Positions 19,958 through 33,000 of a stretch of 64,000 nt of DNA are shown piece after piece. The position numbers and the translations under genes were made by a program. The stretch's first letter is position 1. Every line of letters begins with the position of its first letter. A model generated the notes under the pieces. That model saw nothing but the letters and a program-made list of their open reading frames with translations. It was not told the origin of the DNA and made no database searches. The stretch lies in NCBI RefSeq assembly GCF_009914755.1, contig NC_060938.1; one strand, written 5' to 3'. This DNA is from the human T2T-CHM13v2.0 reference genome, Homo sapiens.

Positions 19958-22900
19958 CCAGCCTGCCACGGAGCACCTGTGGGGCTGGAGCCTCCGACGC
20001 AGCCTGGCAGGGAGGGGTGTTGGTGAAGAGTCAGACTCTGCCGGCCCCCCTGGTCTCTGAGCACCTGGTGCACTCCGGGCACCCGCGGGCATCTGCCTGG
20101 CCAGAGGGCAGCTCCGTAGCCAATGCTTCTCTAAGCAACCTGTGGTCCCTGAATCCGGACCTGGTGCCCTTGGGTGAAGGGAGGTGACGTGCCTGTTCTC
20201 AAGATGCTGGATGCTGGGCTACCCCAGGCTCCCTGGGGGTGGAGGTGGGGAGGGCCACTGAAAATACTGAAGAGCATCCCCGGGGCCCCAGATGGAAAGA
20301 GAGTAGCGGGTGGGCCTCTGTGCATAGGATGGAAGGGGGCCCTGGGGCCTGTCCCCCACTCCATTTCTCTTTCCTCATCTGTGAAATGGAGGAAAGCATG
20401 TATTTCTCCAGCTCAGAGATGCCCGGGAGGACCAAGGGCCTGGGGGAGGCAGGGCTTGGCCAGGGTGGCTCGTGGCTGTGAGCAGGTCCCAGAGACTGGC
20501 CTGTCTCCCTGGGTCCACTGCAGCATGATGGGTTCCTGCTGATGTGAATAGGCTGACTGCTGCCCTCCCAGAGGTCCCCTTAAATGCCGTACCACACCAC
20601 CCCGGGGAAGCCAGGCCCAGGTGCCCAGGAGCTGCCCAGAGCCAGGCCCACATGGATCCCAGCTTGCTTTCTGCCCCTCCTTGTCCTGAGCTACCTAAGC
20701 CCAGGTTAGGCTGAGCAGCCCCCTCCCCACACTCCCACCAGACTCTAGGGCATTGTGGGGGGTCCCTTCATAGAGCAGGCTTGTGGCTCCGGCCTCTGCA
20801 GCTGTCCTGGTTTTGAGACATTTTACTCCACTTAATAAAGATTATTTGTTGAAAGCAGAAATGAATGTGTCTCATTTGTGTGCTGCAGGAATTCATAAGC
20901 ATCACCTCCCTGATCCCCCTCGCTCCTGTGGGACCTGGTGTTTCCCCACTGGATTCCAGCCTGCCCTCCTGGCACCATCCAGGCCGCCCCAGCCACTGCA
21001 GCCACCCTACTCCCTCTCCCTCTCCCTCTCCATCTCCCTGACGCAGCGACTGAGTCGGCTTTTGACTCTATGTGATGTCTCTCAGCTCCGTGGCCTCTAA
21101 ATGAAAAGATTAATTAGTTCAGGGAGCCCAGCACAGGACTGCCAGGGGCACTCTGCTGTTCTGCAGACAGGGGGACCGTGTCATTGCCGTTTTGAATTGA
21201 AACAGGCCTCTTGGAGAGAACCATGCTTAGGAAAGTGTCGAGAAACCTCCAGCGCTTTGGGGCAATAAGGGTGTAGTGCTGTCAAGATGCTCATCAGAGC
21301 CTAGTAAGATCACCTAACTGCTAATAGCTGGTGGGAGCGGGAAGCCAGCGCCTCTGATGGAGCAGAAAGGCCCACGTGTGAGGAGGAGGCAGGAAGGGCT
21401 TCGCTTCCAGGAGGGCCAGGGCGGGAGGACTGGAGACTGTGTCCTCTGAGTCCCTGCTCAAGGACCGTGTGAGGAACTCCATAAAATTTTATGGAGTGAA
21501 TGAACTCGCCGTGTTTGGCTCGAGCAAGTGACAGGCTTGCCAGCTCTGAAGGTCTGTTAAAAGGCAGATGGGAAGATCCGCCTCTATTCTGAGACAAACT
21601 TGCCTTGTGTGGTGCGAGGTGAGGTGTGGGGACCGGCAGCGGGCCTGCCGCGCTTCCCGGGCAGCGGAGCCGGACTGCGCACCCAGCGCCCCGCTCTGTG
21701 GTGTGGGGTGTGTGGTATCTGAGCCCGGGACGCGGCTCAGTGACTGTGATGGGGGCTGTTCAGCTGTTGTGGGACTGAGTTACACGCATCTCACTGGCAA
21801 AGCCACATCATCTCACCCCACAAAATACGGAATTTGGGGTGTCATGGGTCAAGAGGCTCTGCGCTGGACAGTGTGGGGTATGGTGGGTGTGTGTCCGTCT
21901 GGACGTGTGTCCCTCTGCCTGAAGGGATGCAGGGCCGTGAATGGACCCAGCAGTCCCCACATCAGCCCTGCCCTCCCACAAGCAGCCGAGGAGGCTGGTC
22001 CTAAGCCGGCGTCTGCACAGCTCCCTGAGGGGGAACAAGGGGGAGGGTCTCAGAATGGGGCTGAATTTTTCTCCACATTCAGTCCCCGGCTGGACCTGCA
22101 GAAACCTAGGACTGCTTTGACCCTGGTTTACAGCTTTCGGGAACCCCAGGGAATGCTCTGGCCTCTAGGCTGGAACCCTGCCCCTCTGACCCCAGCCCTC
22201 CGGCCATTCCTACAGCGAAGGCCCAGGGATGTTAACCAGTGCAGAGGCCGGGAGCAGTCCCGGGAGGCGCCCCTGTTTAGATCTCATGGCTGGTCTCTGT
22301 CTCCACGTTCTCAGAGGCCTGGGAGGGGCAGGCTGAGGGCTCTGCCAGACCCTCCTGCCCAGAGCCCCTCCCCAGGGTCTGGCCCAGCGAGGGGATGGCA
22401 TCACTCCCTGGGGTGGGTGCCGGGGATTACGGCAGGTTTGGGGAGGAGGCTGGTGGGGCCTGAGCACGGGCTGGTGTGGGGGCCAGGTGAAGGGTGCCCA
22501 GGTGTGTCAGGATGCGGCTGGGAGCTCACTCGGCTTGGGGGACGCCTCCCCAGCGCCCGGGTGGTGAAAGTGGGTTTCCCCCTCCAGCAAGTTCTTTCCT
22601 CAGCCCATAAAGCGGGAATCCTCCCATGTGGAAATATGGAGACAGGCCCCTCCCGCTGCCTGTTCTCCCCACGGCAGGTGAAGGGCCTCCTTGGAGGGCC
22701 TCTGCTTTCCAGTCTGTTAACACGAAGCCTGCCAGAAAGTCCCCAGGACCCCAACCCCCACTCCTTAGAGAAGCTGCTCTGGCCTGTCTTTGTCCCTCCC
22801 CGACACTGCCAACTCCAGGCCCCCGTTACCCCACTACTTATGGGCTTGGTCACCTGTCACCTCCCCCAGGAGGCTCCTTGGGCCCCAGGCTGCCCTCCAG

Positions 22901-24779
22901 CTGGGCCCAGCGGCTCTCCTGCCAGTCCCGCTGGCTGGGGACTGCACCTGCTCCCCAGGCGTGGCCTGGTGCCATCACCCGGACACCCAAGGACAGGTTT
23001 GGACTGCCCATCCTAGGCTCCCATCCAGGAGAGGGTTTGGCGGGGGCAGCCTGGACCTGCCCATTCCTTGCTGTCCTAGCTGCCCAGGACTGTCCCAGTT
23101 CTAGCCCCAGAAGCCCTCAGCCCCAGAAAACTAGGGGTGACTTAGGCTTGGCGGGGCGGGTCAGGATGTATCCCCACTAGGGAGACAGTCTGGCCCCCCA
23201 AGCCATGTGCAGAGAAGCCCAGGGCAGTGGGATGGAAGGAGGGGTTCGGGGAAGAATCCTGCTGGGGGGGGTGTCCAAAGGACAACCCGAAGGAGAGGTT
23301 CAAGGAAGTCCTGGCTGAGCAGAGATGCTGGCGGGCAGCGGGGGCAGAAGGGGAACCGGTGGATCGAGGGCTCTTCCTCTAGGACCTAGTGCTTCCAGGA
23401 GCATCTCAGGAGCTGAGGGGCATCTGAGGCCACAGACGGGAGGCTGCATGGGTGGCGGGGGAGGCGTCTGCAGCAGCAGGCGTGGGAGCCCCTGAAAGCT
23501 CTTGGCAGGGGAGGGACGGGCAGCTGGCATCCACGAAGCCCCCTGGGCTGTAGCCTGGAGCCCAGCCTGGAAGGGCAGCTGGGTGAGAGGAGGCTGGGCA
23601 CACAGATGCACAGTATGGGCAAATGGCCAGGTGGGGCTGTGCCGCCCCGGACCGCAGGGTCCCACTTGGCTTCTGTCTGTCACAGTCACCGCCCCCACTT
23701 GGAGAGCGTTTGCTGATGGAGCTCAGCTCCAGAAAGTGCTGTTTAAAGATTGAAGAGCTCCAGGCAGGCGATTACAGAGCACGTGGGTTGACTCTCTCTG
23801 ACCCACAGCTGGTGGAGGGAGGGGAGGAGCTGGGGGCGCCACAGCTGGATGTGCTCCTCCCCCATGAGAAGCGCCCAGGGCACGTGGAGCAGAGGGAGGT
23901 GCTGGCTCTCATTTTCCTCCTCACTGGAGCGAGGCGCTGGAAGGCCACTCCGAGGGTGGGGGCGGCACGCTGCCTGTTCCCCACTGGCTCTGCCCTTGGG
24001 GCACCTTAGCTTGGGTCCAGCCCACCTGCCCCAATACCCCTTGCCGGACCCTGCCCTGCTGCCTGCCCCTGCCTGAACCCCACCCCCCACCCAACAGTGC
24101 TTCCCGCCCAGTCTTTCCCAGTTGCAGGCTGAAGCCCCCCACTCCCTGGGCATCCCCTAGGAGCCCTCCCTAGCACCGCCTCCCACACCCATTTCCCAGA
24201 TAAGATTCTACCGTTGAGAACATACCATGGGGGGGCCACCCAAGGCCCCTGAGCCACACGTCCAAAGCACAGACACCTTCGGAACAAAAGCCTCTTGGTG
24301 CAGGGGATGGCGGCGGCCGAAGTTCACCCTGCCCAGGGCAGGACACCCTGCAGCACCGGGAGGGTCTTGGTCTGTGTTTCCAGGACTGTGAGCGGGGCCT
24401 CTTTGGCCTAGTGGGGAAGAGGGCACGTATGGGGCCCACGACCTCTCCTGTGCCCAGGGGCTGTGGTCAGGGCACTCGTCCTGCAGCCACAGACAAGTAA
24501 GTGACCAGGACCTGCGGGGAAGATAGGAGATGAAGCCCCCCCGGACATCCCCGGCCCTCCCCAGGAACCAATTTACAGTTGTTGAGCTCTACTCTGGGCC
24601 AGGATGAATCAGGGACACGACCTGGGAAGGGGCGGAGAAGAGGACCTCACGCAGGTGCCAGGACTGGCCCTGCCCCCACTGCCCCAACCTTCATGATTCT
24701 GCCCCAGAGTCACCTGCCCTGGGCCTCAGTGTTCTCACCTGGCGGCAAGGATGTTCCTGAGCGTTTATTTCTGAGTGGG

Positions 24780-25045
24780 TTTGTGTGTGAGGTCTCTGCA
24801 TGGGGGCTCTGTGTGTTGGCACATGTGTTTCGGCTCAGAGTTTGGGTAGGGGGCTTCTGTATGCACATGTGGGTCTGTACACATGTGTGCGTGTGTGTGA
24901 GTGCATGTATGTGTATGCACAGGCATGCATGGCCTGTGTGTACGTCAGAACGTGTGAGTGCACATGTATGCATCTGTGTGTGTTGCATGTGCGAACAAGT
25001 ACACACGTTTGTGTGTGTGCACCTGCACGTGTGTCACTTGCGTGC
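24780..25045. repeat. Degenerate (TG)n/(TGCA)-rich low-complexity tract
   Basis: tgtgtgcgtgtgtgtgagtgcatgtatgtgtatgcac... Confidence 0.8.
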
Positions 25046-25079
25046 CCTTGCCTGGGTGGGAGAAAGGACAAAGGCGAAT

Positions 25080-25964
<885 letters not shown>

Positions 25965-26810
25965 TCACGGAATCCCCTTGTTCCTGGACATGGTCCAAGG
26001 GAGATTTATTACTCAGCCCATCCTTAGTGTCGAGGGAGCAGCCCCAGACACAGCCTCTGCTCCTGGGAAGCCATGGAGGGGGATAGGGGAGCCTGTGGCT
26101 TGGAGACGGAGCTCTGGCTGGGACGAGCTCCTTGCACAGCATGGTGGACCCTCGCTGAAGTGAGGAGGAACCCACCTCACCGATTGCTGTGACCTCCCAA
26201 GATGAGTCGGGCCACGAGCCTGGCCTGGGGCTCCAATCACTACAGCACGCTCCTTCCCCGAGTCGGCCTCCTGGGCCTCACTTTCCCCAGCTGCACAACA
26301 GAGAGTGAGGCCCTGAGCGTTGGGAGGTTGGAAGCCAATCTACAGCCTTCCTCCAGTGCACCCTCCCATCTTGGGCAGAGGCCAGCAGCACACACGGGCT
26401 CTGGAAGATGGGACTGCCCCGTCCATGCAGTGCCCACCTCCCATACAACCAACCTGGGCTGCACTGCGGGCTGCTGCACCACTGCCCAAGTAGCTGACTA
26501 GGGAGGCACCACCCCCGGCCACGCAGCCGAGGCCATCGTCTCCCTGGAGGTCGCCTGGTGGTTTTCTCAGGTTGTGCCCCCAAATGACCACGAACCCAGG
26601 GCACCTTCCTCACTCCCCCTGCACCCCAGGGCCTGGCCTTCCCTCACACCAGGCCCCAATTTCCTCCTCCTACGGGAAGCCTTCCCTGATGCCACCAACC
26701 TGTTCTGTTCTTCCCAGACATGTTCTTGGGCCGAGCCAGCCAGAGGGTGGGGACCAGCACTCAGGCCATGTGTGTAGCTGGGGACTTGGGTATAGAAAGA
26801 TAGGGTCTCT

Positions 26811-27231
<421 letters not shown>

Positions 27232-27789
27232 TCATATGTGGGGAATTAGAGAAGCCAGCCTGTGAGAGGCGCCCCTGAGGCCTGGCGGCTTCGTTCCTGC
27301 AGCCCCTTCTCACCTCCCTGAGTCTCTGCACCCCCACCCTGGCCTGGGGGCTCCTTGAGGGCGGGGGCAGGGATGGGCCAATGGGAGAACAAGTAAGGGC
27401 TGAGCTCACCTCCCAGCTGGGACTCCCAGAACCTTCCCTTAAGAGCAGTGACCCTGCACCACCCACCCCATTAGCTGTGTCCTAAGTGATCCTTTAGAAA
27501 CCCCGCAGGAGGTGGCTGGACAGAGCACCTGGGTATCAAATGTCCTGCAGCCATCACACAGGTCACACATGGGGTCTCACCACCCAACCAGCCAGGCCCC
27601 GAGACCCGCCCCTGCAGCTGCCCCTCCCACCCACTTGCCCACCTCTCCTCTCTATAAAATGGGAAGGGCTCCAGGGTCAGCGGGTGGATGTCAGGGTGAG
27701 ACAAGTATTGTGACGCAGACTCCGTGTTCAGCACGGCCGTCGGGTGTGCCTAGGGGTTCCCAAGCACTGCCTTGCACAGCAAGCCCATG

Positions 27790-28450
27790 TTGCTTATGGA
27801 AATTTCAAACCCCCACGAAAGCAATAAGGACGCACAATGCACCTGCACACTCAGCACCAGCCGAACAACGACCCTCTGCAGACCTTCCTGTCATCTGCAC
27901 CCACACCCCCAAAGCATTTGTTAACATGCTGCTGTCTGGAACAGTTTTGGATTTTTGCAGACAGCACAGAGTTGCCACGTCCCCACAGGTGGTTTCCCTG
28001 TTGCCACCAACCTGCATCAGTGTAAGCGTCTGACAACTAAGGAGCAATATTGACATGATTCATGACAACATCACTTTATTCAGATTTCCTGGTTTTCCCT
28101 GATGTCTTTTCCTCTCCCAAGACCCCATCCAGGATCCCAGGTGACATCTGTTTTGTTTTTGTGTTTTTGTTTTTCCCCCGTTCCTACGGTGTTGACCACA
28201 TGGCGTTTGGTCGTTGTGCCTCCTTGGACACCTCCTGGCTGGGACAGTTTCCCACTTTCCTTGTTTTGATGACCTTGACAGTGGTGAGGTGCCCTGGGCG
28301 GGCACTTTGAAGGATGCCCCCGCGGGGATGCGGCTGGTGTTCTTCTCACAAGCAGCCTGGGGTTGTGGCCGTGGGGAGGAAGGGCCATCTGCTCACACCC
28401 TCTCCAGGGTGCACGCCGTCAACACCACCCCGCTGCTGGCGCTGACTCCA
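27790..28450 (-). mobile_element. Ancient L1MC-type 3' end, GC-shifted
   Basis: ccccatccaggatcccag... and gacagtttcccactttccttgttttgatgaccttgacagt match recalled L1MC3/4 3'UTR sequence. Confidence 0.6.
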
Positions 28451-28708
28451 CCCTCCTCATGTTTCAGGAAACTTGACTGACAGTAAATCTTCATGGAAAG
28501 CACATTGGGGTGATGGCGCCCGGACAGCCAAGACATCACCGCCCTGAGACTCCTCCCGAGCCCCTGGAGCTGCTACAGCCCCCGTGGGTGCTCCCTGGCC
28601 GCATCCTTGCCCCGCTCCAGCCTCTGTAACTTAGCACGCGTGCTCGTCCAGCGGCCTTTGCTCTGTGTGTGACTGTCCGTGTTGCTGCTCAGGTTGCCCT
28701 GCGTTTAG

Positions 28709-30075
28709 GCAGCACCCTATCCGTTCATCCGTCCCACTGCGGGCGCAGCACCCTAGCCAGTCATTCGTCCCACTGCGGGCGCAGCACCATATCCATTCAT
28801 CCGTCCCACTGAGGAGGCAGCACCCTATCCATTCATCCGTCCCGCTGCGGGAGCAGCACCCTAGCCAGTCATTCGTCCCACTGCGGGCGCAGCACCCTAT
28901 CCATTCATCTGTCCCACTGCGGGCGCAGCACCATATCCATTCATCCGTCCCACTGGGGAGGCAGCACCCTATCCATTCATCTGTCCCACTGCGGAGGCAG
29001 CACCCTATCCGTTCATCCGTCCCACTGCGGGCGCAGCACCATATCCATTCATCCATCCCACTGCGGGCGCAGCACCATATCCATTCATCTGTCCCACTGC
29101 GGAGGCAGCACCATATCCGTTCATCCATCCCGCTGCGAGAGCAGCACCCTAGCCAGTCATTCGTCCCACTGCGGGCGCAGCACCCTATCCATTCATCTGT
29201 CCCACTGCGGGCGCAGCGCCATATCCATTCATCCCTCCCACTGCGGAGGCAGCACCCTATCCATTCATCTGTCCCACTGCGGAGGCAGCACCCTATCCAT
29301 TCATCCGTCCCGCTGCGGGAGCAGCACCCTAGCCAGTCATTCGTCCCACTGCGGGCGCAGCACCCTATCCATTCATCCATCCCACTGCGGGCGCAGCACC
29401 ATATCCATTCATCCATCCCACTGCGGGCGCAGCACCATATCCATTCATCTGTCCCACTGCGGAGGCAGCACCCTATGCATTCATCCGTCCCGCTGCGGGA
29501 GCAGCACCCTAGCCAGTCATTCGTCCCACTGCGGGCGCAGCACCATATCCATTCATCCGTCCCACTGCGGAGGCAGCACCATATCCATTCATCCATCCCA
29601 CTGCGGGCGTAGCATCATATCCATTCATCCGTCTCACTGCGGAGGCAGCACTCTATCCATTCATCCATCCCACTGCGGAGGCAGCACCCTATCCATTCAT
29701 CCGTCCCACTGCAGGCGCAGCACCATATCCATTCATCCGTCCCACTGAGGAGGCAGCACCCTTTCCATTCATCCGTCCCACTGCGGGCGCAGCACCATAT
29801 CCATTCATCCGTCCCACTGCGGGCGCAGCACCATATCCATTCATCCGTCCCACTGCGGGCGCAGCACCATATCCATTCATCCGTCCCACTGCGGGCGCAG
29901 CACCCTATCCATTCATCCGTCCCACTGCGGGCGCAGCACCATATCCATTCATCCGTCCCACTGCGGGCGCAGCACCATATCTGTTCATTCATCTCACTGC
30001 GGAGGCAGCACCATATCCATTCACTAATTCCACTGCGGTGGCAGCACCCTATCCATTCATCGTCCCACTGCGGGC
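28709..30075. repeat. 36-bp VNTR, 38 units, consensus gcagcaccatatccattcatccgtcccactgcgggc
   Basis: Unit starts at 28709 and 30041 differ by exactly 37 x 36. Both strands translate into 12-aa repeats. Confidence 0.97.
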
Positions 30076-33000
30076 TCATCTGGGTCTTCGTGGAGCCACG
30101 GTCCTGCTTCAGTAGATCCAATTTTCCAAAGCTGCTCTGTGGATTTTCAGCCCCTCCCACCGTGTGTGGGGGCCACTGCCTTCTCTGTCCTAAAGCGGCC
30201 CTGCCATCGCCGCTCTGGAGAGCAGGATCCAGAAGCTCAGTGGGCTGAGCGCATCCGTAGGTGCCCCACCTCCACCCCAGGATGGGCCCAGTACCCACCT
30301 CAGGCTGCGTCTGCTGCAAGTGGACCAGCCAGCTCCAGGTGGAGAGAAGTCCCAAGGACCCCACAGCAGAGGTGCCTAGGGTGAGGGACATGGGGGGTGC
30401 CCCGTGCCAGCTTCTGCCTGGGCCAAGGGAAGGGGCAGTGGCAGAGCTCTGACAGCCTCAGGAGTTTGAGATGGGTCCTCCTGCAGCTCCAGAAGCAGGA
30501 GGGCTTGGGCAGGGGTGGGGCTGCCTGCCGGGCTGAAGCTCCTGAGGTGGCGGTGGAAGAGCACACTTCACCCTCACAAGTGTCTTGCAGAAATTTCCAG
30601 AGACAGTGTCCTGGAACGGTCACCCAGCTCTGCCTGCCCCATGGTGGTGGGATCTGCCTGCCCAACCTTGGCTCATAGCGACATTGGAGGGGCCGGGACA
30701 GCCAGACCTCACCTCCTCGAGGAGCTTCCTCCTCCAAGGAGGGGCTCAGGTGAGCATCCGGTCCCCAGAAGGGCCCTGGCCTTCCAGTTTGCACACTAAA
30801 CTCTCCCTGCTGTCTGTGGGAGGAGCCGGCTCCTGTGGGAGGAGCACAGGCTCCTCTCCCTGCTGTCTGTGGGAGGAGCCGGCACAGCTCTGGAGCTGCC
30901 CCCACAGGGCACAGCCTTGACCTGGGCTCAGGGAGGGCCAGGGGTCCCTTCTGGCCACCCCATGTCTCCAGAGGGCCTTGTAGCCCATCCTGGGGTAGGG
31001 GCTCAGTCTGGGCATGGTCCTTGCACGCTCCAGTGATGTGGAGGGTGGTCCCTGGGGCAGGCCCCAGCTTGAGGTTGGGCCAGAGTGGGGTGAGGCCTGA
31101 GGAAGGGTCTGGGCCACACCAAGCCCGAAAGGAGCGAAGAGAAATGGGTCCCCATGCCACCGAGAGCAACCACTTGCCTGGCCCTCTGCATCTGGCCAGG
31201 CTGGCTGGGCCTCCCCATACCTACGGTCCCCATTTTACCTGCACTCTGTGGCAGGGCTGGTGGAGACCAGGGCCTGCCTGGGACCCACAGCAGCCAGCCC
31301 ACCAGGGCTCTGGCCAGGGTCACCACCCTGGGTTCCACCAGGGTCTGGGACCAGGGACCAGAGAGACCCAGAGCTGGGGACACAACCAAGGAGCCTCGGA
31401 GTCTATGAAGCACCAAGGGTCAGCCCTGGGGACATCCTTGGAGATGCCCAACCGGCTCCTGGCCCAGCAGTGGGGAGGCCGATCCTGAAGGGGCCGGAGC
31501 CCGTGGAACACACGGACGCAAACAACGCTGCACAGACCCCTTTCCCAGCCTAGGATGTGGCCGCCGGGAGGGTATCTCTGAGGCTGGTGCTCAAGCACCA
31601 CCCACACCTCCTCATCCCCCTCACCTCACCTCCCCTAATCTGCAAGCTGCGGCCCGAGGCGCACCTGGCTGTCCCAGCCCTCCCAGCAGCACCTGGCGGC
31701 TCCCTGAGCTTGTCCACAGCAGCAGTCGTCTTCAGGGTGGCTCTGCACTGGCAGGCCCCGGGTGCCCTTCCCACGGGGGTGGCAGGGAGCCGGCTACTCC
31801 AGACGGGCCCCGCACTGTGGACAGGCGCTGATGCTTCGGTTTCCGTGGTTGCCCCGGCCCCGTTGTTTGAGGGCCCCGAGCCTGGCCCACCTGCCCACAC
31901 CCATGAGGCGGCCTTCAGGAAGGTGGGGCACAGCAGCGGTGCCCAGTTTGGAGCAAAGCCTGGACTTGGAGCTTGCAGAAGGAGCTCTTAGCCCACACAG
32001 AAGGAATCACAACTGGGACCAGAAGCACCTCCTCCATCTTGTGGAGTTGCTGAGGACAGATGGTCAGAAACTGAGTTTGCTGTGGTGGCAAAGTGTCCCT
32101 GCCACCCCGGCCCCTCTAGAGAGGGCAGCGCCCGCCCCCTCCAATCATGGCATCCACAGGGCTCCTGGAGCCCCTCCAGCCAGTCGGGCCAGCCATGGGG
32201 GCACCCTGTGCCTGCTCCGCTCCGAGGTGACCTCCACCCACAGCTGCTCTGAGGAGCACGGCCGGGGTTCCCCGAGACTTCCCTGGTCCACTTTAGAGCC
32301 ACGGGGCTAACGGGTTTTGTTTTCAGTGGTATCTCTTCCTCGGTGATGTCCTGTGGGCCAGGTCTCAGCCCAACCCCTCCTTCACAAGCTGGTAGCCACC
32401 CTGGAGCCCGCCAGTCCCCAGCTCCCGGATGCTCACGGTGGGCTAGGCACGGTCACCACACCCTGGGCTGCCTGTCACAGAAGTGGCCCCAGCCTTTGAG
32501 GATCACGGAGAGACCAGGGTGACAGTCTCTGTCAAGAGCACCTGTGGCACCTGAGGTGGCCCCTGCTACCTCCCTGGAGGGTGAGCTTCAGGCAAGGCCT
32601 GAGGGTGTCTAGAGGGACCCTGTGCAGGGCCACCCCGCCTGAGCTCAGGCCCCGGCCTTCCTGCCCTCCAGAGGGGGAACCAGCCACAGAGCCTCGGCCT
32701 AGGGCTCACGTGGGCCCGCGCCTGCAGTGAGTGGCTGCCCTCTGCAGACAGAGCGGGCTCAGGCGCCCCGGAGCTGGAGGGGTCTTCTCTGTAAAAGTGA
32801 CCTCAGGAGGTCCGGGTCCTGCATTCTTTCTGTCCCCAGCCCAGAACCTGATTTCTGAAACAAAGTTTCCTGGGCCTCGGGGAGTGAGGTTGGGGCTACT
32901 GGGAGTTCACAGGGCTCATCCCTTCCCCTGGAGTCTACCAGCCTGAGCTTTCCTGCCCCACACTGTCCCCGAGGGGCCTGGGATGCTGACAGAAGTCTCA

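Noticed and set aside
21010-21040. (CCCTCT)n hexamer suggesting an SVA 5' end
   Set aside because: Only about 4 units, with no Alu-like, VNTR or SINE-R parts following.
21568-23016. 482-aa ORF, the longest non-repeat ORF
   Set aside because: No recognisable domain. The Pro/Gly/Arg/Ser-rich composition and many overlapping ORFs are expected in GC-rich DNA.
28631-30391. CRISPR-like array, repeat-protein genes or REST site cluster
   Set aside because: Units are contiguous with no unique spacers or cas genes. The ORFs follow from a stop-free 36-bp unit. Only the CAGCACC half of the REST motif is present.
30801-30883. 30-bp direct repeat ctctccctgctgtctgtgggaggagccggc
   Set aside because: A simple local duplication with no further structure.
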